Assembly (NCBI GenBank): GCA_965237725.1 | Contig: OZ250151.1 | Coordinates: 2,951,883 to 3,015,882, forward strand | DNA: 64,000 bases | Reading direction: 5' to 3' | Source of the DNA: Candidatus Spongiihabitans sp. | GTDB taxonomy: Bacteria > Pseudomonadota > Gammaproteobacteria > Arenicellales > Poriferihabitantaceae | In this document: one piece after another, positions 7,974 to 16,980 of the stretch | Layout: each line of letters opens with the position of its first letter | How positions within the stretch are numbered: the first letter of the stretch is position 1 | Notes under the pieces: model-generated | What the model was told of the DNA's origin: nothing | What the model saw: the letters and a program-made list of their open reading frames with translations, nothing else | The model's database searches: none | Program-made: the position numbers and the translations under genes

Positions 7974-9188
7974 CTAAATATTCATTTTGTCTCTAGTGAT
8001 ATCCCTTTCCATCAGGGATAAAACTCGATGTTCAAGAGATCCCAGACCCTGATCCATCCCGGACTTGTCAGCCGCGTCCGCTTCGAGTTGTTCCCGTACA
8101 TAACGCATCCAACAATCCAGAGAGCCACCTGTCGCAAATTTGTTTACTTTGTCATTTCTGACTAAATATCCAAAATTGTCTTCTGCAACAGGTAGTGCCT
8201 GGTATATTTTTGAGTTTCGCAAGGTAGCCAAAAACCGTGGGCCTGAGAACCGGATTTTATCCAGGGCTTTAAGATACTCATAGGCCGCAACAATCTGAGA
8301 AATATCTTCGGCCTTCGAACGTGCTTCCTGGAATGTTGAGTAATAAAAAGGATAGTCTGCTCCCAAATATTCTATAACTGCGGGCAGAGGATTAATCAAT
8401 ATTGGGGTATTCCTAACAATGCATTCGATGACGACGTTATTCGCGCTGGAGTCGTAAAGGTACACAAAGACGAGATTTTCGCTGAGCAAGCTGTCATAGC
8501 GACTGTTTTCCACCCAGGGAATTTTTTCGACGTCATGCATCTCTGATTGCTGCGTGCTCAGACCGAGATGCAGGCATTCCATATCGTAGTGTCGTTGAGT
8601 ATCTTTATTAGTTACAAGCCATATTTTGCTATAACCGCTGATTTTAAGTTGGGAAAAGTTAACCAGGCTTCGCAACCAAATGCCTACGTTTATGATTGCT
8701 TTATTTGCGTTCTTATTGAATTTCTCGAGTGTAAACAGCTCCTCGGGCGTTTCAGTGGGATGAGTAAGCACTTCTACTGGAACGTTAACTCGCGGACTTA
8801 ACCACTTTTGATGGTATTCGGACAGAACATAAAGTCCTCGACAAAACTGCAGGCTTTTCTGAAACGCCGGTTTTTCCAATATGATTTGAGGGGAGTCCTG
8901 ATAAAAGTACCAGGATGGCATGGCTGGCGGGTTGTGTAATATTCCAACCCAGGGTTGCGTATAGGGTAGGTGACCAGTGGTGAGATTCAGATCTAAATCC
9001 CACGAAAAACTCTTTTCTATAAAATCATCGAGATAGACACCATTGTCGTGATGTAATTCAGCAATTGACGACATGCAGTACCCCCAGCCTGAACGATGTT
9101 CTTTAAAAGAAACAGTGTGATTTAGATTCAGTTTTCCCTCAGGGCGGGTAGAAAGCTGACTCGGGTTTGCAGGGTGTTGCTTTACCAT
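7974..9188 (-). CDS. Hypothetical protein, possible divergent GT-B glycosyltransferase
   Basis: 404 aa. The C-terminal region VFVYLYDSSANNVVIECIVRNTPILINPLPAVIEYLG resembles a GT-B nucleotide-sugar-binding domain. It is the first gene of the three-gene minus-strand glycosylation operon (12-bp gap to the next gene). Confidence 0.45.
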   Translation of the reverse strand: MVKQHPANPSQLSTRPEGKLNLNHTVSFKEHRSGWGYCMSSIAELHHDNGVYLDDFIEKSFSWDLDLNLTTGHLPYTQPWVGILHNPPAMPSWYFYQDSPQIILEKPAFQKSLQFCRGLYVLSEYHQKWLSPRVNVPVEVLTHPTETPEELFTLEKFNKNANKAIINVGIWLRSLVNFSQLKISGYSKIWLVTNKDTQRHYDMECLHLGLSTQQSEMHDVEKIPWVENSRYDSLLSENLVFVYLYDSSANNVVIECIVRNTPILINPLPAVIEYLGADYPFYYSTFQEARSKAEDISQIVAAYEYLKALDKIRFSGPRFLATLRNSKIYQALPVAEDNFGYLVRNDKVNKFATGGSLDCWMRYVREQLEADAADKSGMDQGLGSLEHRVLSLMERDITRDKMNI

Positions 9189-9406
9189 TTTTAAATTAGA
9201 TGAATCTTGAGATATGTGAATAGAAATTAATGATTATTTTAACAACCTATTTTGCCTGCAACATTCGAAAGGACGCAATAGCGGCTATATTAATTTCAAA
9301 CAGCTGCAATGAACTTTTAAAAGACTCCGCAGGTGAACCTATAATTGTTGGAGTCCTGGGGATGGAGTTGCTTGTAAATCTATTCTTGAACTGATAGCTT
9401 ATTTTC

Positions 9407-10072
9407 ATGGACAGAGTTAAACAATATGAAGCGCAAATTGTCGAAGTTATGCAAAAAATTTTGCAGCGAGATTCCACGTGCATCGATATCGGTGCAAATG
9501 TGGGTGCGGTGCTTAAAGAGATGATCTCTATTTCCCCAAATGGAAACCATATTGCCTTTGAACCGATACCGTATCTGGCTAATCATCTTCAAACAAATTA
9601 TCTCGGTGTCGAGGTGTACAACTATGCATTGGCTGATTACTCAGGCCCTTCAGACTTTTTCCACGTTAAAAATGATAGTGGTTATAGTGGGCTCCAAATG
9701 CGGGCGTATGACATTCCCAATCCGGATATTGAACTGATTGAAGTTAAGGTAGAGAAACTTGATTCAATACTGCCAGAAACAAAACCAATTTCATTTATCA
9801 AGCTTGATATTGAAGGCGGTGAATATCACGCAATACTGGGTGGCCTTAGATTGATCAAACACGCCCGACCAATTTTGGTCTTTGAGGCAGGTTCCAGATC
9901 AACCGGATACTACAATGTATCACCTGAAATGATATTCGAACTTATCGATAAAAGATTAGGTATGTCTATTGCCACGATGGATAGATGGTTAGATCAAAAA
10001 CTACCTTTTACCAGAGAACAATTTGTAGCTCAGTATGAATTAGATTACTACTTCATAGCATATCCAAAGTAA
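9407..10072 (+). CDS. FkbM-family SAM-dependent methyltransferase
   Basis: IDIGANVGAV, FEPIP, YNYALADYSGPSDFF and IKLDIEGGEYHAILG are the canonical FkbM motifs. Confidence 0.8.
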   Translation: MDRVKQYEAQIVEVMQKILQRDSTCIDIGANVGAVLKEMISISPNGNHIAFEPIPYLANHLQTNYLGVEVYNYALADYSGPSDFFHVKNDSGYSGLQMRAYDIPNPDIELIEVKVEKLDSILPETKPISFIKLDIEGGEYHAILGGLRLIKHARPILVFEAGSRSTGYYNVSPEMIFELIDKRLGMSIATMDRWLDQKLPFTREQFVAQYELDYYFIAYPK

Positions 10073-10283
10073 TAACGAATAGATACTAGGGTTAAATTGG
10101 CCCCTGTATTCTTTCAATTTCAGATGGGTATAAATTAACTCGAAATTAGTTTGAGTTCTGTATATATCATCACAAAATCACGATGGTCGAAAACGGGTTG
10201 TATGGTATTTCTATTGAATCCCGATTAATATGGATACGACAAGGGCCATTAAAAATACCGGATTGTACATGTCCGCGCCCAAA

Positions 10284-11183
10284 TTAGTTCAGTGTATTTT
10301 CGGCGCGTAGTCGTTCGGCAATTAAGTCGATGAATGCGCGAACCTTGGCGGAAGCGTAGCGACCTTCACGGTGGACGATATGGATTGGTTGCGGTACGGG
10401 CTCGAACTTTTCTAAAATTAGTTTCAGTTCACCACTGGCGAGCTGTGGCCCAACCTGATAGGACAGCAGTCTGGTAATTCCAAAATCCTGCCGTGCAGCT
10501 TCAATCGCTGCATCGTTATTCGTTACGGTCAGCCTTGGTTGTATTCGTACGGATTTATTACCACTCGACGATTCGAATCGCCAATCGAAAGTATTTGAAC
10601 CAGCGCTTGACGCAATCATTGAATGATCGAGCAAATCTTTTGGGGATTTAGGAATTCCGTTCCGTTCCAAATATTTGGTTGAAGCGCAAAGTACTAGACG
10701 AACCGATCCTACTCGCAATGCCCGCATACTGGAGTCAGGTAACTCACCAATACGTACGCCAATATCCAAACCTTCCTCAAGTAAATTTACTATCCGATCC
10801 AGGAATAAAGCAGAAATCGCTGTATCCGGATAGCGTTCCAGATAGTCGATAATTCCGGGGAGTACAAACATTCGACCAAATAGTGCAGGTGCAGTGATCG
10901 TCAAATGGCCCCGGGGTTCTGCATTAACGCCTGCAGCAGTTTCATCCGCCGTATCCAATTCTGCGAGAATACGCTGGGCATCCTCCAAATAACGTTGGCC
11001 GGCATCTGTAGTTCGCACGAATCGTGTTGTGCGATTCAGAAGCTTAACCCCGAGCCGATCCTCCAGCGTTGCAACAGCACGGGTCACAGCGGGGGGTGAC
11101 ATCCCCAGACGCCGTGCAGCGGTAGCGAACCCCTGATTCTCAGCGACAGCAACAAAGACAGTCAATTCACGAAAGTGATTCAA
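10284..11183 (-). CDS. LysR-family transcriptional regulator
   Basis: N-terminal HTH FATAARRLGMSPPAVTRAVATLEDRLGVKLLNRTTR plus a LysR substrate-binding domain. TTG start at 11183. Divergent from the AhpD-like gene. Confidence 0.9.
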   Translation of the reverse strand: MNHFRELTVFVAVAENQGFATAARRLGMSPPAVTRAVATLEDRLGVKLLNRTTRFVRTTDAGQRYLEDAQRILAELDTADETAAGVNAEPRGHLTITAPALFGRMFVLPGIIDYLERYPDTAISALFLDRIVNLLEEGLDIGVRIGELPDSSMRALRVGSVRLVLCASTKYLERNGIPKSPKDLLDHSMIASSAGSNTFDWRFESSSGNKSVRIQPRLTVTNNDAAIEAARQDFGITRLLSYQVGPQLASGELKLILEKFEPVPQPIHIVHREGRYASAKVRAFIDLIAERLRAENTLN

Positions 11184-11185
11184 AT

Positions 11186-11208
11186 ATTATTCCATTTAAT
11201 GGAATAAT
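11186..11208. promoter_or_regulatory. Putative LysR-type operator (perfect 10-3-10 palindrome)
   Basis: ATTATTCCAT-TTA-ATGGAATAAT contains a T-N11-A core. It lies in the divergent lysR / ahpD-like intergenic region, 3 nt from the LysR start codon. Confidence 0.5.
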
Positions 11209-11320
11209 ATATTATCAGTTATAGGGATTCTTATTTCAAGTGAAATTAACTAAAGTGCTGTTCCTTGCAGCGAACTAACCGTTGCAAATCATTTTACTTA
11301 ACTTAAATAGGAGAAATATT

Positions 11321-11866
11321 TTGAGTCGAATTAACATTATTGATCACCAAAACGCAGATGCCGAACAAATGGCACTGCTCGATGCCGTTCAATCAAAAAT
11401 GGGTATGGTTCCAAATTTTTTGAAGGTCTTGGCGAACTCGCCGGTTGCCCTGAGATCATTTTTAGGTCTGCAGGAGATCTCAAGGGAAGGCAGTCTTGAT
11501 GAAGAAACCCGCGAGCGAATTGCCCTCGCTCTGGCCCAGCAGAATTCGTGCGAATATTGTGTATCCGCACATACTGCTCTCGGTCGTAAAGCAGGATTGA
11601 GCATGGGTGAAATCGAAGCAAATCGGGCGGGCAGCAGCCAAGACAGTAAAGCCGTCGTGGCAGTTAAATTCGCAAAGGCACTCGCCGAACACAATGGAGA
11701 GGTAACCACCAAGGAAATCCTTGAAGTCCGAAACGCTGGCTACAGCGAGTCAGACATCGTCGAAATCATTACCCATGTCGGACTAAATATCCTGGCCAAC
11801 ATTATTGGCAAAGCTAGTAGGGTAGAGATCGATTTCCCAAAGGTCGAACTCAAACTCGCATCCTAA
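11321..11866 (+). CDS. Carboxymuconolactone decarboxylase / AhpD-like peroxidase family protein
   Basis: SCEYCVSAH is the CxxC-containing AhpD-core motif. I prefer the TTG start at 11321, 7 nt after AGGAG (11309-11313). The ORF-track start at 11282 has no RBS. Confidence 0.8.
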   Translation: MSRINIIDHQNADAEQMALLDAVQSKMGMVPNFLKVLANSPVALRSFLGLQEISREGSLDEETRERIALALAQQNSCEYCVSAHTALGRKAGLSMGEIEANRAGSSQDSKAVVAVKFAKALAEHNGEVTTKEILEVRNAGYSESDIVEIITHVGLNILANIIGKASRVEIDFPKVELKLAS

Positions 11867-11881
11867 GGATAATTAGAAATG

Positions 11882-11909
11882 CCGGCGGTTGATGCCGCCG
11901 GTATTTTTT
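11882..11909 (+). terminator. Rho-independent terminator
   Basis: CCGGCGG (11882-11888) pairs with CCGCCGG (11895-11901) across a 6-nt loop. It is followed by TATTTTTT, 16 bp after the stop codon. Confidence 0.8.
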
Positions 11910-11964
11910 AGGATCAAATTTAGAAACCCTATCTACGATTCAACAGCGAATCAGGAATATCACC

Positions 11965-13545
11965 ATGGGCCACAAATTTGCGGAGATAGCCTTTACCGAG
12001 TCGGTCCGGGAAGTACAGCAGGCATTAGGAAGCCGAGCCGGCTACGTCAGTATGGAGCAAGGTGAGGACACTAACTTCATTCTTAGTGATAGAGAAATAG
12101 AATTTATTTCTGCGCGCGACAGCTTCTACATGGCTAGCGTGAGTGAAACCGGTTGGCCCTATGTTCAGCATCGTGGTGGACCGATCGGATTTATGAATAT
12201 CATTGACCAGCGCACTATCGGCTTTGCAGATTTTAGTGGCAATCGCCAGTACGTAAGCGCTGGTAACTTGAGAAAAGACAACCGTGTTTCATTATTTTTT
12301 ATGGACTATCCGAATCGGACACGACTCAAGCTACTGGGCCGGACCAGATTAGTTAGCCTAGATGAGCCGGAGTTGTTGGCAAAATTAGAAGAGGATGACT
12401 ACCGCGCTGAAGTTGAGCGTGGTTATCTAATAGAAATTGAGGCGTTCGACTGGAACTGCCCGCAACACATTACTCCGCGCTACACAGAAGCGCAAATCGA
12501 TGAACTCATTGAACCAATAATTCAAGAGAGCAAAACTTTAAAAGAAAGCGACGCCAATATTGTTATGCCGAGATTAAATGTGCTCGGTGACGGTCCGTTG
12601 CCATTAGTCATATCGGGCATTCGTCAACTGACACCGCGTATCAGGGCTTATGAACTCCGTGATCAGGCAGGTGCCGTGTTACCAGAAGTCGAGGCCGGGT
12701 CCCACCTTCGAATTCCGGTTTCCCTGGCGGATGGAAGTACCGAAATTCGCCATTACTCAATCTGTTCAAATCCAGGCCAACGGGATATTTACGAGATCGC
12801 AGTGCTGCGCGAACATGCCGGCACGGGAGGGTCAGCTGCCGTGCACAAAAGTTTTGATATTAATTTGAGTTTGCATTGTGAGTTGCCGCAAAACCATTTT
12901 CAACTACATAACGACAATCGACCCGCGATTTTAATTGCGGGGGGCATAGGAATCACGCCGATCAAATCAATGGCCTATGCATTGAGGGCTCGTGGAAACG
13001 AGTTCCACATTCACTACGCCGGCCGTAGTAGCGAAGAAATGGTATTTCGGCAGCAATTACTACAAGAATTCGGCAACAATTTAACCCTCTGCCATTCTGA
13101 TACTGACCAACATATGGACATCGAGCAGATCTTATCCGCTGCACCCGATGATGCCGTCTTCTATGTTTGTGGACCAGAGCGATTGATCGACTCGGTCACA
13201 ATGATGGCCGAAGAATTGAATATTGGTACAGAGCAAATCAGATTCGAACGATTCGCAGCAACAATTGACCCAGATTCACAACCGATCGACGTCGAATTGC
13301 GGCGTTCCGGGTTGAAGCTTCGCGTTGAAGCACAGCAGACAATTCTCGATGCCATGCTTGAAGCCGGTGTCGATGCGCCATTCAGTTGTCGTGCTGGCAA
13401 TTGCAGGACCTGCGCGGTAAAAGTGTTGGAAGGCGAGCCGGATCACCGGGATTCAGCCTTGTCCTCTTCGGATCGGGAGGATGATCAGCTAATGTGTCCC
13501 TGTATTTCACGTGGCTTGAGTGAGCATTTGGTGTTGGATATCTAA
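11965..13545 (+). CDS. Three-domain flavo-iron-sulfur oxidoreductase (PNPOx-like FMN barrel + FNR-like reductase + plant-type 2Fe-2S ferredoxin)
   Basis: N-terminal FYMASVSETGWPYVQHRGGP...FSGNRQYVSAGNL (pyridoxamine-5'-phosphate-oxidase-like). Middle RHYSICS / IAGGIGITPI (FNR/PDR family). C-terminal CRAGNCRTCAVKVLEG...CPC (2Fe-2S). Confidence 0.85.
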   Translation: MGHKFAEIAFTESVREVQQALGSRAGYVSMEQGEDTNFILSDREIEFISARDSFYMASVSETGWPYVQHRGGPIGFMNIIDQRTIGFADFSGNRQYVSAGNLRKDNRVSLFFMDYPNRTRLKLLGRTRLVSLDEPELLAKLEEDDYRAEVERGYLIEIEAFDWNCPQHITPRYTEAQIDELIEPIIQESKTLKESDANIVMPRLNVLGDGPLPLVISGIRQLTPRIRAYELRDQAGAVLPEVEAGSHLRIPVSLADGSTEIRHYSICSNPGQRDIYEIAVLREHAGTGGSAAVHKSFDINLSLHCELPQNHFQLHNDNRPAILIAGGIGITPIKSMAYALRARGNEFHIHYAGRSSEEMVFRQQLLQEFGNNLTLCHSDTDQHMDIEQILSAAPDDAVFYVCGPERLIDSVTMMAEELNIGTEQIRFERFAATIDPDSQPIDVELRRSGLKLRVEAQQTILDAMLEAGVDAPFSCRAGNCRTCAVKVLEGEPDHRDSALSSSDREDDQLMCPCISRGLSEHLVLDI

Positions 13546-13600
13546 TCCAAATTTGCCAAGTTATTTTCAAATAATTTGATTCGCCCTTGACTTTTTATTA

Positions 13601-13642
13601 CAGACGGTATAGTCTGCTATCAATTCCAGACGAAATAGTGTG
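13601..13642. promoter_or_regulatory. Two TetR-type operator half-palindromes overlapping the tetR promoter
   Basis: CAGACggtataGTCTG at 13601-13616 and the imperfect CAGACgaaataGTGTG at 13627-13642. A TTGACT -35 box sits at 13587-13592, with TATAGT/TAGTCT 15-17 nt downstream, inside the first palindrome. Confidence 0.55.
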
Positions 13643-13647
13643 AAATT

Positions 13648-14229
13648 ATGCCAAGACACCGAGAATTTGATCCAAAAGAAGCCTTACAAATAGCTATTTT
13701 CCTGTTTTGGGAGAAAGGTTACTACGATACTTCAGTGGATGAAATCGTCAAGCAATCGGGTGTGGCCAAATATGGTATCTACGGTACATTCGGCACCAAA
13801 CGTGAATTGTTTATAAAAGTATTATCCCAATATGGGTCTGACCGCCATAAAGACATTCAACGACCTATTCGTAAACCAGACGCATCACTGCCTGATGTAA
13901 TTGAATTTTTCGATGCATTGCCACGGATATTGACCCAAAAGAATTCTCAATACGGTTGTCTTATGGCCAATACGGGAATCGAACTCGGTATGAGAGATGC
14001 CGAAATAAGTAATATCGTAAAAGAATTTTTTAGTGAAACCGCTAGCGCAATGCGATTATGTCTTGATCGCGCCATAGACCGTGGAGAGTTGTTGACGAAT
14101 TTGAATATTAATCAATTGTCAAAATACCTTGTTACAGAATTTCGAACTGCGCTTGTCCTGGCGGCTAGCGGATGTTCGAGCCGACAAATCAAACAACATC
14201 TGGAGATCGCACTTCAAGTATTAGTTTGA
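13648..14229 (+). CDS. TetR/AcrR-family transcriptional regulator
   Basis: N-terminal HTH TSVDEIVKQSGVAKYGIYGTFGTKRELF; 193 aa. Confidence 0.9.
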   Translation: MPRHREFDPKEALQIAIFLFWEKGYYDTSVDEIVKQSGVAKYGIYGTFGTKRELFIKVLSQYGSDRHKDIQRPIRKPDASLPDVIEFFDALPRILTQKNSQYGCLMANTGIELGMRDAEISNIVKEFFSETASAMRLCLDRAIDRGELLTNLNINQLSKYLVTEFRTALVLAASGCSSRQIKQHLEIALQVLV

Positions 14230-14245
14230 TTTTTTTTAACTATAT

Positions 14246-14261
14246 CAGACTTAATAGTCTG
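14246..14261. promoter_or_regulatory. Third copy of the CAGAC-N6-GTCTG operator
   Basis: CAGACttaataGTCTG lies 25 bp upstream of the membrane-protein gene. It has the same arms and spacing as the site at 13601-13616. Confidence 0.5.
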
Positions 14262-14285
14262 GATTAACCTTAGAGGATATAAATT

Positions 14286-14783
14286 ATGAGTATTCAGTCA
14301 ATATTTGGTTTGCAGTTTGTTTTTAGTATTTTGGTATTTGGACTATTGGCCAAGTGGGTGTTAGCGCCGTGGCTGGCAAGCCAGTCCCAATCCAGGGCGT
14401 TATTTTGGCTCACATTACCCCATGCATTTCGCCACCTTGGAATGGTCTTTCTCGTGCCCGGTGTTGTAATGCAACCCCTTCCCGAGAATTTCGCTTTTGC
14501 AGCGGCTTATGGAGATCTGTTGGCAGGCGTTCTGGCTCTGATAGCACTCTACGCACTTAATGCCCGACTAACAGGGGCAGTAGCATGGGTATGGCTGTTT
14601 AACATTGTCGGTACGATTGACCTTCTCAATGCATTACGGCATCTGGAAGTAGCACCGCTCTTAGGTTCAGCCTGGTATATCCCAACCATGTTGGTGCCAC
14701 TACTTTTAGTGACACATTTCATGATCTTCGTTCGATTAATCAAACCAGTGTCACTGGCACAAGATGTAGTCCCAGCGCGCTGA
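14286..14783 (+). CDS. Small multi-pass membrane protein of unknown function
   Basis: 165 aa with 4-5 hydrophobic helices and an AGAGGA RBS about 8 nt upstream. Located downstream of tetR and of the repeated operator. Confidence 0.6.
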   Translation: MSIQSIFGLQFVFSILVFGLLAKWVLAPWLASQSQSRALFWLTLPHAFRHLGMVFLVPGVVMQPLPENFAFAAAYGDLLAGVLALIALYALNARLTGAVAWVWLFNIVGTIDLLNALRHLEVAPLLGSAWYIPTMLVPLLLVTHFMIFVRLIKPVSLAQDVVPAR

Positions 14784-14791
14784 AATTCCGG

Positions 14792-14831
14792 GGGGCAGTT
14801 TACTTAAGCTATAACTTTGTAAACTGTCCCC
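14792..14831. repeat. 12-bp-stem palindrome carrying the IS481-element terminal motif (possible terminator or solo-IR pair)
   Basis: GGGGCAGTTTAC (14792-14803) pairs with GTAAACTGTCCCC (14819-14831), with one bulged T and a 15-nt loop. TAAACTGTCCC (14820-14830) is identical to the IS end at 3934-3944. Confidence 0.6.
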
Positions 14832-14978
14832 ACTCTAACGGGCACCTCCATTCATTGCCTTTTAATCCGATTTCGGTGTTGGATCAATTTCTACGATCCT
14901 CATTTACTTATGTAAATTGCGGTTCTCAAAATCAATCCGCCTGGAACTCGAATAAAAATTCAAATTAATAGAAGTACC

Positions 14979-15872
14979 CTAAAGTTTATTCATCTGCTCT
15001 GCCAGAAAATCGACAAAAACGCGTACCTTTGGCGCGAGGTGGCGGTTATGTGCAAACACCGCATTGACGGGTGTACTTGGTGGTATCAATGGGAAGTCTT
15101 CAAGCAAGGGGATGAGGTGTCCGTGTTTGAGATCATCATGAATCATCCAGGTTGGAATCATGATGATCCCCAACCCGCCCAACGCAGCCTTGCGAAGGAA
15201 TGCGACACTATTCGCACTAATTCGGCCAGATATGGGCACATCTAGTTCGCCCTCTGGAGTGTTGAACTTCCAATAGTTTTTTCCCAGCGCCGTGCGAAAG
15301 GAGAGACAACTATATGTTGCAAGCTCTCCAGGATGGGTAGGGGTCCCGTGCAACTCTAGATATTTAGGGCTGGCACAAACCCGCGAATGACTTGCAGCAA
15401 TCTTTCGGGCAATCAGGCTGGAGTCGTCTAGATGGCCAAAGCGAATTGCCAAATCGATACCACTGTCTACCAGATCCAATAGTCCCGCACTCATTGACAG
15501 ACGAACCTGAATATCTGGGTAGTGATCGAGAAAATCTGAGAGGACCGGTGCGATAAAAGCTTGTGCAAAATCTGCTTCGACGGTGATGTGCAGACTGCCC
15601 GAAGGTGTGTTTGTGAGCTGATTTACCGCCAGTCGTGCCGCATCAAAATCTGTGACGATCCGACGAGAATGTTGGAAATAAATCTCACCCGCCTCGGTGA
15701 GACTCTGCTTTCGCGTGGTTCTATGGAACAGGCGTGCTCCGAGTTCGTTTTCCAGTTGGGAAATCTGGCGGGAAACCGAGGAGGGCGTGATCCTAAGGAA
15801 CCGCGCAGTCGCGGAAAAGCTGCCGTCTTCAACAACACGGACAAACACCTGTATATTCGAAATCTCACTCAT
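14979..15872 (-). CDS. LysR-family transcriptional regulator
   Basis: HTH FSATARFLRITPSSVSRQISQLENELGARLFHRTTR plus a LysR effector domain. Divergent from the alpha/beta-hydrolase gene. Confidence 0.9.
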   Translation of the reverse strand: MSEISNIQVFVRVVEDGSFSATARFLRITPSSVSRQISQLENELGARLFHRTTRKQSLTEAGEIYFQHSRRIVTDFDAARLAVNQLTNTPSGSLHITVEADFAQAFIAPVLSDFLDHYPDIQVRLSMSAGLLDLVDSGIDLAIRFGHLDDSSLIARKIAASHSRVCASPKYLELHGTPTHPGELATYSCLSFRTALGKNYWKFNTPEGELDVPISGRISANSVAFLRKAALGGLGIIMIPTWMIHDDLKHGHLIPLLEDFPLIPPSTPVNAVFAHNRHLAPKVRVFVDFLAEQMNKL

Positions 15873-15992
15873 TTATGAATTATACGCACAAATCTTTTGA
15901 CAAAAAAACTGTTTTTCACGTTTACGGAATAGATGATTATACCCCCTACAAATCAATTTGACTGAATAACCAGTGAATCAAAGGAGACAACA

Positions 15993-16925
15993 ATGACAAC
16001 CATGACCACATTTCATACGGCGAAGGTAAATAATCAGAAGGTTTTTTACCGTGAAGCCGGTCCTAAAAACGCACCAGTGATATTGCTATTACACGGTTTC
16101 CCAAGCTCGAGCCATATGTTCCGTGATTTGATCCCAAGACTCGCGAACACCTACCGTGTGATCGCCCCCGATATGATGGGTTTTGGGTTCACGGACGCTC
16201 CTGATCGAACCGAGTTTTCCTACACCTTTGAGAATCTAACGGATGTAATTGACTCCTTCACCCAGATACTCGATCTGGAAAGCTATGCTCTTTATCTTTT
16301 CGATTACGGTGCACCGGTGGGTCTGCGTCTTGCGTGTCGCCACCCGGAAAAGGTTACAGCGATAATTTCCCAAAATGGAAACGCCTATGTAGAAGGACTA
16401 AGCGATGCCTGGAGTCCAATTCGAAAATATTGGGAAGCACCAACCAACGAAAACAGGGATGCCCTTCGTAGTATCCTTACACCCGAAACTACACAGTGGC
16501 AATATACCCACGGCGTGGCTAATACTGAACGCGTCGCACCCGATGGTTATACGTTAGATAATGCGTTAATGGCTCGCCCCGGAAATTTTGAAATACAGCT
16601 CGACCTATTTTTAGATTACGCGAATAACCTCTCACTCTACCCAGAGTTCCAAGAATATTTCCGCTCTCACCGTCCACCGCTGTTAGCGGTATGGGGCAAG
16701 AACGACCCGTTCTTTTTACCCCCAGGAGCCGATGCCTTCAAACGCGACCTCCCAGATGCAGAAATTAAATTTTTTGATACTGGTCATTTTGCCCTTGAAA
16801 CACATCATGCCGAGATTGCAATAGTCATTCAAGATTTCCTTACACGAATAGTGTCGCCATTTGGGGACAATGAACAAAATTTCATTAGCACTGAGCGTGC
16901 CATTCAGAGCGTTAATTCGGCGTAA
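15993..16925 (+). CDS. Alpha/beta-fold hydrolase (epoxide-hydrolase / dehalogenase-like)
   Basis: LLLHGFPSSSHMFR oxyanion region. The nucleophile elbow reads LFDYGAP (Asp nucleophile type). C-terminal DTGHFALETH. AAAGGAGA RBS. Confidence 0.85.
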   Translation: MTTMTTFHTAKVNNQKVFYREAGPKNAPVILLLHGFPSSSHMFRDLIPRLANTYRVIAPDMMGFGFTDAPDRTEFSYTFENLTDVIDSFTQILDLESYALYLFDYGAPVGLRLACRHPEKVTAIISQNGNAYVEGLSDAWSPIRKYWEAPTNENRDALRSILTPETTQWQYTHGVANTERVAPDGYTLDNALMARPGNFEIQLDLFLDYANNLSLYPEFQEYFRSHRPPLLAVWGKNDPFFLPPGADAFKRDLPDAEIKFFDTGHFALETHHAEIAIVIQDFLTRIVSPFGDNEQNFISTERAIQSVNSA

Positions 16926-16980
16926 ATATGCCGTTGCACTATCGGTGAATTCCTAACCCATTTATTAATTGGAGATAATC

